Origin: Marsupella aquatica
Taxonomy: Eukaryota; Plantae; Marchantiophyta
Reading direction: 5' to 3'
Length of the DNA stretch: 64,000 nt
Assembly: GCA_973895155.1 (NCBI GenBank)
Contig: OZ316891.1
Coordinates: 18,040,095 to 18,104,094, forward strand
Part shown: piece by piece, positions 51,301 through 63,412 of the stretch
Position numbering within the stretch: position 1 is the first letter of the stretch
Layout: every line of letters begins with the position of its first letter
Translations under genes and position numbers: made by a program
The notes under the pieces: model-generated
The model's database searches: none
What the model saw: only the letters and a program-made list of their open reading frames with translations
Told to the model about the DNA's origin: nothing

Positions 51301-52182
51301 GATAGGGCACCTAGTTTCGGCCATTGTGGGGTGCCTTGCACTTTCGGGGTTCACGGAGTACAGTTGGGGCGCCGTCGAAGGCACCGTCGGCCCCTTGTTT
51401 AGGGTTTAGGGTTTTAGCAGCATGTGTGTGCCGCATGCCTTTTTAGTTTAGGGATTTCTTAGTGCAGGGTTTTAGCGGCGCCGCTAGGGTAGCCGCCATC
51501 GTTGTGACCCCACGAGGGGTGCTTTGGTGTGGTTTTTCGGTATTTAGGGGGAGAGCCCCGAAGTTGTTACAGGGGGGAACTCAGCGTAGTACTTGGATGC
51601 TTTGGAGTAGCTTTTGTGAGTAGCACACCGATTAGGAGAAGTTCAAGTCAGAGTAGTGAGGTGGAGAACGTAGCACTTGTCCCAGGGAGGCAGGAGTTGG
51701 GCAGACGGCAGGAGGCCGGGTTGTCCTTGCATGTGTTACGGGAAACACCAAGAGATATGGATTTGGCTTGAGGTTCCAATATTTTGTGTGTCACTTGTTG
51801 TTGCTTGTGTTGTTTGTTTTCCTCCCCTAGTGCGTGTGGTCGGTGTCGTTGTGGAAACATTTGCCCTTGTCACTAGTGTTCAAATCTTATTGTAAATGTT
51901 GGTATGCTTGCCCAAGAGAGGAGGGGGGTGGTGACAGCACTCACCCGGTGGGCATGAGTTGTAGATGGTAGGACCAGTCCCTTGGACTTGATCAAAAACG
52001 GAGAGACCAGTCGGTAGACTTGATCAAAAAGTACACTACCGGGAGCGGAATCAAACATACTCATCCTTAGGTGTGGAAATCCTCCAAATAGCGTCCCTCC
52101 ACGACCCCGTAATACGATACCAATGGTTTAAGCAAGGAAAAGTACGGTTTGCACGTATTAATCGTTGGATAGGCAAGTGACA
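48350..52182 (+). repeat. Gypsy 3' LTR, 3833 bp, containing ORFs
   Basis: Begins TGTAAC right after the PPT and ends GTGACA before the TSD. The first about 450 bp match the 5' remnant. Confidence 0.85.
49402..51000 (+). CDS. LTR-internal 532-aa ORF with coiled-coil C-terminus
   Basis: Long open frame between the PPT and the element end. Heptad-rich region in the C-terminal half. Probably joined to 49160..49405 by a frameshift. Confidence 0.7.
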   Translation: MKVEITIPLGKSWNIEAVMELRTEGIYFECLQRVVPHVELAKLLFLENQQFSFTPRNIRGELTLTMVAGWVINPTSTTSIPLSAVKDTEHKGFLAKVHQRVLGNVQSGVVNGEHFVVAMDIKNYPAHVYGWWYYGLKKLLDANPESVKPGGAVHLMGSFLLARAEGWIVSPGQEDTGSSLTTEIRSIATTILGKLTEGSSSAVGDDNREEENQDEDSTMEWLESLVGNTEEPLVYDIPDVYLAELRDFREGVHEGLKLVHALRDSLKQATARVETLEQSALSMKEVIKAKEEAIHEKVKLLQEAHVEISNLKGALSTKAKEAEEVGVLKQALAKEKQNSGEVVELRAKVGTLRGQMMIFETRAKRSEALSLGKRKSPCTPSSTLSPDLVSRAIEMVAKEVSGKYGPLLDAAKKSQEKSKSLEKKLREVRKSLREAQVNTGTPRMPPRSVTPGTPMATGQVLPLELRSGEEAALWKDTIGEGYIKAWQALANLRKQGSTSTKTTPVRRRGVKWHSLQWRVMRRPTHGAQARAP

Positions 52183-52187
52183 ATATG

Positions 52188-54072
52188 AGTCCATCCATCG
52201 TCCAAAGGAAGTGTTATGCCTTATTCATGATAAGATGGATCATTCAAAGACAGCTCTCCCAAGAATGCCCTTCAATCCTAAGCATGTGGATGGTGCCCAA
52301 AAGTTCCCAATTACTGTCACTGGTATCCTTACTCATGGTCATGGTCCCAAGGCCATAGCCCAACATCATGTTGGAGTGTGGCCAGGTGATGTCAACATCA
52401 CTATTGGGTCAATTAATTCAATACTAAGGATGTTGGAAAACCCAAATCCAATGATCAAATCACTTGTGGAGGGGCCAGACTCGACAAGTCTTTTTAAAGA
52501 CCTCCTTTTTGGGAGAGCAGATATCTTGGAGGCAAGTGTCCTTAGAGCATTTGAGGATGACATTGCCTACATCTCAAGCCTAGGTACTTTACTCACAATC
52601 CTTTAATTTATTATTATTTAATAATATAAGCTCACACACACTAACACTCTACTTTGTGTAGTTGTTGCTCCTCCTAGCCAAGGTTTCAGTAATAGGGTTT
52701 AAACCCTAAACCCTAAATTGGGGTTTAGGGTCTGACTAGGGTTTTATTTAAAAGCATTATGAGATTGTTACATTGTGATGCAGCACCTGAGGCACCAAAG
52801 TTCAGGCCCCTTCCACGAGTATTGAAGCTACAACTGGATAATTGTGCCTCAGACAACAAGAACAGATATATGATGGCTTATTTGTCATTGTTGATGGCAA
52901 GGGAGGTGTTTGAAGAGGTTCATCTTGGTTTTATGGTGGTTGGGCATACTCATGAGGACGTTGACGGTATGTTCGGGCATTTTTCAGAGTCTATGATGCA
53001 TAACCCCACATACTCATTGCCTGAGTTAATGTCCTTGTTCATGAGAGCAAGGACACCCAATGCAGTCCCACATTTTCTACAGGAGGTCCCAGATTTCAAA
53101 AACTACTTAGCTCCATTCATGTTGAAGGACCCTGAGGCATTGGTGGGGCATTTAAAACCCAGGTTGTTTAGGTTCTATGTTCGTCATGATAGTATGCCAT
53201 GCTTCCAATACAAAATGAAGTCAACTGATCAGGGATGGTTACCCAAGAAAGGTATTGAAATGTGGTCATGGAAAGATGACAAAAGTCCTCACATCCCAAT
53301 TGGGGTGCCCAAACGGCTACCAATGATGGAGTTGAAAATGCTTCCTGAAGTGCTGACAGGGTTGAAGAAGCATGTGTCATTCTTTGAGTTTATTCTAAAG
53401 CGAACAAAAGAGGAAGAACCAAAGCGACGTTGGACAACTCTCATCAATTATTGGAATGACATTGTAGATACTCTACAGGGTGAGCAGGTGCAATATGAAC
53501 CTGAAGGTGCACACAACTTGGAATACGGGTTTTGGCCTTTATCAATATGGAGAGAGCACGTTCCACCAGAATATCGAAATGTGGCATGTGAGTTGGAGGC
53601 AACAGTGGATTATGTGGGACCAACAAAAGATAAACCTCCTGAGAGTTTTAACCCTAGGGTTGATGTTGTGAAGGGCTGTTATGTGTTGGTACGGCCGGAC
53701 GACTCAGACCTGGATGTTTATCCCGTCCATATGGGGTTAGTTGTTACAGATGTGGTAGAAGGACCAATGAATGAACAAAACCTTCTTACTCATGTATGTG
53801 GCGTTGAGTGGTTTAGACCATTTATGGCAAAGAAGCAACGTGGTCAATCAGACTGGCAGCCAAGAGAGCGGTGGGCAGATTCTTGGGATAAGAAATGGGA
53901 ACGTGATCCAACTCCAATATACAAGGAAGCTGAGACAATAGATGTTTCCTCTGCCTTGTGGTGTTTCAAAGCACGCAAAGGACCAGTGACAAGGCTGGTA
54001 GGAATTCCAAAGAATGTTGCTGTCAAGGCAAGAGACTATCTCTTGTCATGCATAGCAAGTGACAAATCCTAG
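52188..54072 (+). pseudogene. DUF7869/Sola-like DDD transposase, 3' part with C-terminal beta-barrel-like domain
   Basis: IHDKMDHSK, LQLDNCASDNKN, FMVVGHTHEDVDGMFG. In-frame intron 52584-52783. C-terminal GCYVLVRP...MGLV...VEWFRP. Confidence 0.8.
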
Positions 54073-54149
54073 ACAGTAATGAAGCATGTAGTTTAGCATA
54101 CAGTTTAAAAGGCAACTCAGAATAGTAGTAGCCAGAGAACTCAAGTTTA

Positions 54150-54690
54150 GACAAGTCTTATCGTCTAAGTTAGTTAGTTGGTTAGTTTATTTAAGATATA
54201 ATATTAGTTAGTGGGGCCTTAGTTTGGTGATATTAAGGCATGATATTATTGACATTCAAATGAATGTCCAATAGACATTGTAATATACAACAATCCTATT
54301 AATAAATAATAATTATAGTTACACCTTCAAGTGAACTCAACTTTCAATGATTTCTGATTTTATACGGTTCCATGCCTGATTGAGTCAAAGCAATAGAAAC
54401 TAACTAATTAAAGGGTGATACTATGATTGTAGGTCACGCACCCTGGTGCGTGTCAATCTTTTTTTGTATTCAACCCTATAGTAATTAAATAGACAAGTTA
54501 GTTAGTTGGTTAGTTTATTTAAGATATAATATTAGTTAGACAGTGAGGCCTTAGTTTGGTGATATTAAGGCATGATATTATTGACATTCAAATGAATGTC
54601 CAGTAGACATTGTAATATACAACAATCCTATTAATTGTTGTAAAGGGTGGTCAATCTTTTTTGTATTCAACCCTATAGTAATTAAATAGA
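54150..54690. repeat. AT-rich local duplication
   Basis: aagttagttagttggttag..ggccttagtttggtgatattaagg..caatcctattaa at about 54167-54302 and 54495-54633. Confidence 0.85.
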
Positions 54691-54908
54691 CAATTGAAAC
54701 AATGAATGACAGTTTAATTAAGGATTTGTGCATGGATCAAGAGGTACTTGATGTCATTTAGTGATGCATTGTTATAAAGATCTTGCAACAAAACATTTGA
54801 AGTTTTTGACTATCCCACCAAATGTTAAAGAGGTTGATCATTCATTAACTTATAATATTTAGATAAAATTGGAATTAATCTAATACTTCAGTATTCCTTA
54901 AATTGGGG

Positions 54909-55460
54909 TTAATAAGCTGACATGACATTTGGGTTCAGGTTCTCTTGCCCATGTAGCAAGACTCCCTCATTGTCCCCTGACTCCTCTAGCATGACAAGGT
55001 CTATATCTTTGACTCCAACATCACCCAGGACTTTTGGGGCAACATTTGGCCTCTCTCCATAAAGGGTATGCATGCATTCAAAGTATGGGCATAGCCGGTT
55101 CAGCTTGTCATCCAATGTCAGCCCCATTCTCAAATCATTGTCGATGAGGCCTCCACCTGACTGGTACTTCACGTCTCTAGCATCCTTGTAATGCTAGACA
55201 AAACAATTACATTGAAAACATTTACTCAAATTGGGCGCAATAATTTCTCATGGAAATCCATGGTGCTGCAGTGCAGCCAACATCTGCCAACAAACAATAG
55301 CCTTGCTCTAGTACTTGCCACCCACCCTCATCTTCTTTGTTGCACCGTGAATGGCATTGAAGTTTTTTGGCACTTCCAAGTAGGAGACGACCAGCTCATA
55401 ATCTTGATCGATCTTTAAGACGGAACTTGTCAACTGTCTCCTTCCCCCCGGTTGGCACAA
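54909..55460 (-). pseudogene. Myb/SANT-trihelix-like accessory protein fragments, convergent with the transposase
   Basis: DYELVVSYLEVPKNFNAIHG (55308..55565) and SGGGL...LDDKLNRLCPYFECMHTLYGERPNVAP (54909..55172), typical of transposon-associated Myb-like partners. Confidence 0.55.
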
Positions 55461-55762
55461 GTTGTGGAGCATTGAAGTTCCCTCTGCCCCTAACAAAGCC
55501 TGCACTACCTGCCTGACTACCTGAATTCGCCATGTGAGTTGAGAGCAATCAATCACAAAAGGCACAATGTCTTGGTAACTTGGAGCAAAGGACTAAAAAC
55601 CATAAAACATTTCAAACAAAATTGCCAAGGGTGGCTCAGAATGAGACGGTGTTGGATAGCCATGGACTTCCTTGGGATTATATGTTGGAACGTGCTGGCT
55701 ATCAGTAGTCATTGTCGTCCTTGGTGATTTAGCAATGAATCTATGACTACCTTATCTTCACT

Positions 55763-56290
55763 ACTGGCAGAAGCTCCGTTTTCTTTTTGGGACGGAGTTG
55801 ACGCACACCATGAAACAGCTTGGACAATGCACACACCTCGCAGGCAACCCATTGACTGGCAGAAGCTCCGTTTTCTTTGTTGGGGACGAGTTGATGCACA
55901 CCATGAAACAGGTTCAACTATGCACTCACCTCGCAGGCAACCCATCGACTGGCAGAAGCTCCGTTTTCTCTGTTGTGAAGGAGTTGACGCACACCATGAA
56001 ACAGGTTCAAGTATGCACTCACCTCGCAGGCAAGCCATTGACTGGCAGAAGCTCGGTTTATCTGTTTGTGAAGGAGTTGATGCACACCATGAAACAGCTT
56101 CGACAATGCACTCACCTCGCAGGCAACATTGACTGGCAGAAGCTCCGTTTTCTCTGTTGAGAACGAGTTGATGCACACCATGAAACAGCTTGGCCGATGC
56201 ATTCATCTCGCAGGCAACCCATTGACTGGCAGAAGCTCCGTTTCCTTTGTTGGGAACTACAGTAGTTGAAGCACACCATGAAACATCTGC
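55763..56290. repeat. Tandem repeat, about 93-bp unit, about 5.7 copies
   Basis: actggcagaagctcc at 55763, 55855, 55948, 56041, 56132 and 56225. Confidence 0.93.
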
Positions 56291-56469
56291 AAAAGCTCTC
56301 GTTAAGGTCGTCCTGGTGATTTTTAACATTTGCAAAAGCACTCGTTAAGGTTGTATGGGTGATTTTTAGCTTTTTTGGTGCGTTTGCCATGGAAGGACTT
56401 TTGGACTTACCTCATTTTCATACTATCTGCATGCGATTACAGTACAAAGTCACCATTGAATCATGCAGC

Positions 56470-56740
56470 CACGCCCGTTGGACCTTACTCTTTCGATAAG
56501 TAAGGGTTTAAATCCCATGCTATAAGTCAGTGTTTAAATCACCCAAGCAGAGCACGTTGGACATTACTCATTTGATACATTTGATACGTTGCTCTTTCGA
56601 TAATTGAGGGTTTAAATCACATGCTATAAGTCAGTGTTTAAATCACCCAACCAGAGCACAAAGTAGGCACGTTGGACATTATTCATTTGATAAGTCAGTG
56701 TTTAAATCACATTGGACAAGTCAGTGTTTATATCACCCAA
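56470..56740. repeat. Short repeats ataagtcagtgtttaaatcac / gttggacatta
   Basis: Copies at about 56522, 56626, 56690 and 56718. Confidence 0.75.
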
Positions 56741-58050
56741 TCACAAGAGAAAGTTTCCAAGTTTTCTCAAAACAAGCACCACAACAATGAATGTGGGACA
56801 CGTCTATCTCACAAGATTTTCAGTCTGTATATAGTAAAGTCTAGTTTACAAAGCATTGTGAGGTTTAAAATAATTTTAGTAAAGGTAAATTATAATTTTC
56901 ACAATCATAGAAATCTGGACTGTGCATTTGTCTCCCAGTAATGCCCTGAAAACTACATAGCAAAAAATCACAAAGGGCATTAAGTATATAGTAATGTCCT
57001 ATCCTATCCTACTAGGATACAATTCCCTAAAAAATGAGAACTTAAACTCGAGTTTGGAGGGGTCAATATTGCCCATAATGCTCTGGAACAGGACCTTAAT
57101 ACACTTAAAGGTTTAGCAGATTTCTATTTTTACTAATTTTAAGAAAAGTAGAGGAGAATGCTCTGGAAACAAGACCTTCATACACTTCAACCACCACCGG
57201 TCATATATATAACTAAGGGGGAAGTGTCCAACACCTCTCCATTCTTTCACAATCCGCTCACTTTTCTCCTCTACCATGCCAGTTTGTTGCATGATTTCAG
57301 GAAAAAGCTACTTTTAATTAAAGTTAGGGTAACCTGTGGCTTTTCGAAGGGCAGGTGTGGTTTAAAGGTCTAAGGGATTTTAGTTTGAATAAAATTTTAG
57401 TAAAAGTAGAGGAGAATGCTCCTAATCGGTTGATCCAAATATAGAGTGTGCATTGTTCTCCATTAATAGAGTTATAAACATATGAACTGGATGGAAAGAC
57501 CAGTGTCAGCCCAAAAATTGATTATATGTAAAATCACCACTCACACAGCTAAGTTGTGAAACTGAAGATGAGTCAACAAAGAGGTCTGACCCTAACATGA
57601 AAGAACTCTCGATCACGAAGTTGTATTGTTTGAAACTCTTGGTGACGTAGGATGAAGCACCTCCAGGAGCCCTTCTTGCAGCTTGAGCCTGTATTTTATA
57701 TGTGAGCCAGTGAAGCTGGGGGTTTGAATGTTAGATCACCTGTAATTTGAGTGAAATAATGATCAATTCAACCTGGATTTACCACTTTTACTGGAATTCT
57801 AATGCACTGAAAATTACAAAGTGAAAATCAAGAAAGGCATTATGTATATAGAAATGTCCTGTTTTATTATAACATGGTGGGATGGGATATAATGCCCTGG
57901 AAAAAGTGAGATTCAGCTCAAGTTTTGAGGGGTTGTTATTGCCCATAATGCCATGGAAACAAGACCTTCATACACTAAAAGGCCTAATTTTCAGTATTTT
58001 TTCTATTGTAAGTAAAAGTCACGGAGAATCTAACTATTAAATTTGCTAAG

Positions 58051-58580
58051 TTTGGGTTTGTCTCTTGCGACGAGAAACTTCTATTTTCTGGTATTCTCTG
58101 GCTTCGGATCGGCGATTGGGGTTTTTGCGATGAGATTGTCATGTTGGCGTGCCGCTTCTCTGGTGATGGACGGGTTCTCGACGGGTTCTTCTTCGAGTGG
58201 TGGCCTGTGGCGGGCGGAGTTTGGCTTTTTCCCTGTGGTGCCTCGGCTGGTCTTTCGGCTCTAGTTGTCGTTTGGTTGTTCTCAGGGATAGGTTTGCTTT
58301 TTGTTAGGTTTTGGGGCTCCTCCTTCCCCTTCTGATCGTCCTCCTTCCTTTTGGCGATCTGGTTGGCGGTTGCCCTTCCACATTTCTATGGGTGTGCTCC
58401 CTCTTTCAGCCCCCTTTTTTTTCTTTCCTTGTGTTGGCCTGCCTCCTCCTCCCAGGCAGGCTCCTCTTGTTTCTTGTGTCACGGATTTGAAATAAAGTTG
58501 CTTCCCTTTTTGAAAAAAAGAAAAAAGAAAAAGAAAAAGAAAAAGTGGTTTGCTTCAAAGTTAAAAAAAATAAAAAATAA
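58051..58580 (+). mobile_element. Short 5'-truncated non-LTR retroposed insertion
   Basis: 12-bp TSD AAATTTGCTAAG at 58039-58050 and 58581-58592. GC-rich body, AATAAA at about 58491, A-rich tail 58513-58580. Confidence 0.7.
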
Positions 58581-58924
58581 AAATTTGCTAAGGGAAGTTA
58601 CTTCTTAAGGCCTATGGTCTAGAGTGAGGCATCTAGATCTTAACTCCCCATACACTCAGAAGTGATAAGGAGTCTTTCATAAGGGCAAAACTTAAAATGA
58701 GGGTGGACAAAAAACAAGGATAAGGGAAGGTATCAAAAGTGACATTGACTCAAAATAAAGACAAAATTGAAAAGAGGGTGGACATAAGGATGGGGGCAAA
58801 GATATATGGAAATAACATAAAATTATTTCTGTCCAATATATATTTTCTTCACATCTATTTACTTTCAAGGAACTGGTAATCTGGCTACAGTAGTCTTTCT
58901 AAAAAGGTGATCCAAATTTTGACT

Positions 58925-59130
58925 GGGCATTTTGAATGCACCAAAGGAAAATATCACGAAGGGTTTTACAAAGGCAAAAATCACAAAGGGCATTTTGAAT
59001 GCACCAATGGAAAATGGCACGGAGGGTTTCACAAATGGAAAAATCACAAAGGGCATTTTGACTGGACATTTTGAATGCACCAAAGGAAAATATCAGGAAG
59101 GGTTATAGAAAGTGAAAAATCACAAAGGGT
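58925..59130. repeat. About 65-75-bp repeat x3
   Basis: cattttgaatgcacca..ggaaaat..aaaatcacaaaggg at about 58928, 58991 and 59067. Confidence 0.8.
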
Positions 59131-59570
59131 GGTGAGTGCAAAACCTTTTATGGACAAGTGCTCCACAAAAGGTGCTGATTGTTCCACCTTTTATGGTGAG
59201 TAGTGAGACATTGGAATGTGGCTTTTACAATGTCAGGTGTGGTTTAAGTTTCGAACAACAACGTTCTTCCAATTGGCTTTGGTAGTTTGGAGGACACAAG
59301 TCAGAAATATCCTCGACTTCTTGTACAGCCACCCTGATCCTGTCTGTATGGGTTTTCTCGTACGTCGTCGGGCGGACAGGCTCATCAAGTGCTGAAGAAG
59401 CAGACCTCTCGCAGCTGCCGGGGGAGGAATTTGGGTGTCTGCCGTGTGAGGAAGCGAGGTAGCAAGCAGGCAAGCAAGGAAGGATTGAAGGACGAGACGG
59501 AGGAGGTGAGAGGTTCGTGGAAAAGGATTGATGCAGTTTCGAGTTGGGATGGAGACCGGGTGAGCTTGCT

Positions 59571-59585
59571 TAGGGTTTAGGGTTT
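59571..59585. promoter_or_regulatory. Telo-box-like motif (TAGGGTTTAGGGTTT) just upstream of the CPSF73 ATG
   Basis: Reverse complement AAACCCTA occurs twice, about 30 bp before the start codon. Confidence 0.4.
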
Positions 59586-59612
59586 CTGTCCCTTGCTTCG
59601 GCTGCTGCAAAC

Positions 59613-62600
59613 ATGTCGAAGCGGAAGGACTCCACGCCGAGAAGCGAGGGCGACAAGATGGCCATCACCCCCCTCGGAGCTGGCAATGAGGTCGGCCGTT
59701 CATGCGTCGTCATGACTTATAAGGACAAAACCGTTCTTGTGAGTTGCCCTCTCTGTCTCTCACATACAGCTTTGTCAATGAGATTTTTTTTCCTGATGAA
59801 TTGCTGCAGAACGATGAGTCGTGGCCCAGTGGAGCACACTGGTGTTTTCGTAACGAAGTTTTGACCTGTTTGCGTGCTTGATTCTGTGAGCATACGATTG
59901 TGTGCGCCTCTGGTCCCTCTCTCACTCGCTAAACCCGGACTTGGGACTCTAACTTTGGTCTGCTTTCTTTCAGTCTTAGTAAAGACTCTTGTATGGATCA
60001 GTGTACTGCCGACCCTTACTTCGGATTATATATTTTTTTCAAGACCCGCCAGATTTTTTTCCTCTGTGTATGGTGTAACACTTACTGTCGGGCAATAGGA
60101 TATAGACGTTCTTTGGACTGTTTCCCTGAATCGTTGCAAGCATTTCAACCTGAGTGGAAATTTGAATGAGTGAGAGCAGCTTGATTGAGTGGGATAGAGG
60201 TTTCAAGGTTTAGGGTTAAGGTCATAAATTTTCATGAAGCGATCATCGCTCCTTAGTTCTCTGCCGTTCAGAAGGAGAGGTATTGTAGCTTGAGATGGAC
60301 TAGACTGGTAGTAATGCGTAGGCTTGAGCGATGGAACCGCCAGAGAGTCCAGGGGTTGTCACGTTTCTCTAAAGGGTTGCTAATGCGGCGTGTTTTGCTA
60401 TGTGAATAGTTCGACTGCGGGATTCATCCTGCTTACACGGGAATGGCCGCACTTCCGTATTTCGACGAAATCGACCCGTCTACCATCGATGTCCTCCTCG
60501 TAACGCAGTACGTCCTCCTTCCTCGTACCTGTGTTCAGCAGTAAGGAGAGAAAAATGTAACTTATCTTGTGCACTAAGTTTCAGCTACTAGTAATCTCGG
60601 CGAGGAATTAACCGGAGAGAAAAGAGCAATGAAGTGCCATCTGACTGTAATCTTGGCAAGGAATTGACCGGAAAACATCCCGGGAACACTCGCTAAGGGA
60701 GCACAATTTTATCATCTATTGCTCCAACCCTAGTTGGGCGTAAATCTCTCTATGCACTGAACTTCATAGCATACAGTAATTTGCCAGACTTTTGTGCTCG
60801 ATTTCCTGGTGATAGTTGTTTTGTACCTATATTTGTCCATGCTTGGTAGCTTTAGTCACCTTACAAGACTGGCAATTAATATTTGACTTGTCAATGAATC
60901 GGATGTGAGTTGGCATCTACTGCCATACTTCAGTGGTTGTTGACAAGTGAGTGTTAAGGATTTTGATTTATTGTTGGTTGCAGTTTTCATCTCGATCACT
61001 GTGCTTCGCTCCCTTATTTCTTGGAGAAGGTAAGATTCTGAATACGCGACTTTACAATTCCACTGCCGTGTCTTATAATGCTATATTGGCTCCATCTTGC
61101 ACACCAAGTCCTGCTGTTTGTATTACTGTATTTTGTAATAGCGGTTACCCCTCTGTGATGTAACCTACCTAACTCTCCTGTCCCACCTTCCGCGGGCCAC
61201 ATCGACCTGTCTTGCTAGGTTTTTTTAAAACCAGTTGAGAAGTCTAGAGCAAATATTGGGCAAATCTTCGAGATGTTAGTGACTGCTTCTGGGAAATAAT
61301 ATTTGCGAGAATTCTTCCTAACAAACCTTTCTCTGTCGATAGACTACCTTCAAAGGACGAGTGTTCATGACCCACGCAACCAAGGTCATCTACATGCTTT
61401 TGCTGACCGACTTTGTCAAAGTCAGTAAGTCTTCTGTGGACGTTATGCTTTATGATGAGCAGGACATTGCTCGAACGATGAAGAAGATCGAGGTAAAAAT
61501 GGCACACTGCATCTCCTAATTTATTTATTTGTTTTATATTTGGTAAATCCTCCAGGCACACATGCGCATCTTAACTAACAAAATGAAGTGAACGACGAGC
61601 CATTTTTAAGTGTTCTGGGTGACCAACTTAATTTACCAGAACAGGTGGATTACTACCCGAGTCGAACGAGCTGGTTCGGAAAGGGATTACTCTTCTCATG
61701 CATGAAGATGCCCTGGATATAGACGAGGATTCGTAGTCAAGACTGGTAGGGTACTAAGATGTCTTGCGGCATTTGTTTTGCAGGTAATCGATTTCCATCA
61801 GACAATGGAGGTGAATGGGATCCGATTTTGGTGTTATACTGCTGGTCATGTCTTAGGAGCTGCAATGTTCATGGTGGACATTGCTGGAGTGCGAGTCCTC
61901 TACACAGGGGATTATTCTCGGGAAGAGGACCGTCATTTGAAAGCTGCTGAAGTGCCGGAGTTTTCACCAGATGTTTGCATCATTGAATCAACTTACGGGG
62001 TGCAGATCCACCAACCCCGAGTAGTTCGTGAGAGAAGGTTCACCGATGCAGTTCATCAAACAGTTATGAATGGAGGCAGAGTTTTGATCCCTGCATTTGC
62101 TCTAGGCCGCGCTCAAGAGCTTCTTCTTATACTAGATGAGTATTGGGAAGCCCACCCAGAACTCCATCACATACCAATTTATTATGCCTCTCCATTGGCA
62201 AAGAAATGCATCCGTGTCTATCAAACCTACATAAATTCTATGAATGATAAAATTCGGAGGCAGTTTGAGGTATCAAACCCTTTTATTTTTAAACACATTT
62301 CACCTCTCAAGAGCATTGAACAATTTGATGACGCGGGGCCTTCAGTGGTAATGGCGAGTCCAGGTGGGCTACACGGTGGGCTATCTCGACAATTGTTTGA
62401 TATGTGGTGTCAAGATAAAAAGAGTGCTTGCGTGATACCTGGATACCTAGTAGAAGGAACCCCGGCAAAGGCCATCATGAATGAGCCGAAGGAGGTGGCA
62501 CTGAACTCTGGGCTGGTAGTGCCTCTCAATATGAAAGTTCATTACATCTCATTCTCGGCCCATGCAGATTATACCCAGACAAGTGCATTCCTGAGCGAGT

Positions 62601-63412
62601 TGAACCCACCCAACATCATCCTCGTGCACGGGGAGTCCAATGAGATGGGACGGTTGAAAGCAAAGCTCCAAACCCAATTTGCCGATACCAATGTGAAGGT
62701 TTTGACTCCCAAAAATTGCCAGACAGTGGAATTGTTCTTTAAGGGTGACAAGACAGCCAAAGCTGTAGGAAGACTGGCGGAGAAAACCCCACAGCTAACG
62801 GACCCTATGAGTGGACTCCTGGTTCGGAAGGGCTTTAGTTACCAGCTTATGACTCCAGATGATCTCCACAGCTATACACAGCTCTCTACTGGAAGTGTCT
62901 TACAGAGGCAATCTGTTCCTTACAAGGGAACTTTTACAGTGCTCAGGCACAGGCTCCAACTGATGTATGAAGGAGTGGAAACTGTAGCGAAAACAGAGAT
63001 AGCCACACTTAAAGTCTATGACAAAGTGACTGTGATCCAAGAAGGAATGGATTACATAGTCTTGCAGTGGGTCTCCGATCCTGTGAGTGATATGATAGCT
63101 GATTCAATTGTTGCTATGGTACTCAAGCTAGATTCTCAAAGTTTTGGTGGAATTGTCTCCAACGGGTTTCGGGCGAAGGAGGCTCGATTGGAGAGAGATG
63201 AAATTCGGATTGTACACAATCTGCTGCTTTCATTATTTGGAAATGTCAAATTGGACGAGAAACAGCAGAAATTGACTGTCACAGTGGATGGAGCCGTGGC
63301 CACTGTGGACCACGCCAACAAGGGAATCGATTGTACAGATGAGAACTTAAAGGAGCGAATCAAGGTCGCTCTGCGCAGGATACAAACAGCCTTATATCCC
63401 CTGGATGCTTGA
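59613..63412 (+). CDS. CPSF73: Cleavage and polyadenylation specificity factor 73 kDa subunit (metallo-beta-lactamase/beta-CASP endonuclease), about 682 aa
   Basis: Exons 59613-59738, 60410-60507, 60984-61029, 61343-61492 and 61784-63412 splice in frame with GT-AG. Motifs [63 protein letters not shown]. Confidence 0.97.

Larger units (their letters stand above)
37941..52182 (+). mobile_element. Ty3/Gypsy LTR retrotransposon, internally deleted (no gag/protease)
   Basis: TG at 37941 and CA at 52182. TSD ATATG at 37936-37940 and 52183-52187. 5' LTR remnant (37941-38033 plus 45016-45375) matches the start of the 3' LTR at 48350. PPT aagaggggagcta at about 48337-48349. Confidence 0.92.

Noticed and set aside
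52695-52745. Telomere or interstitial telomeric array (also at about 21905)
   Set aside because: Only 2-3 TTTAGGG-like units in introns or spacers, which is common background in this window.
55709-56390. Cys/Trp-rich repeat protein ORFs
   Set aside because: They are open frames produced by the 93-bp tandem repeat, with no recognisable domain.
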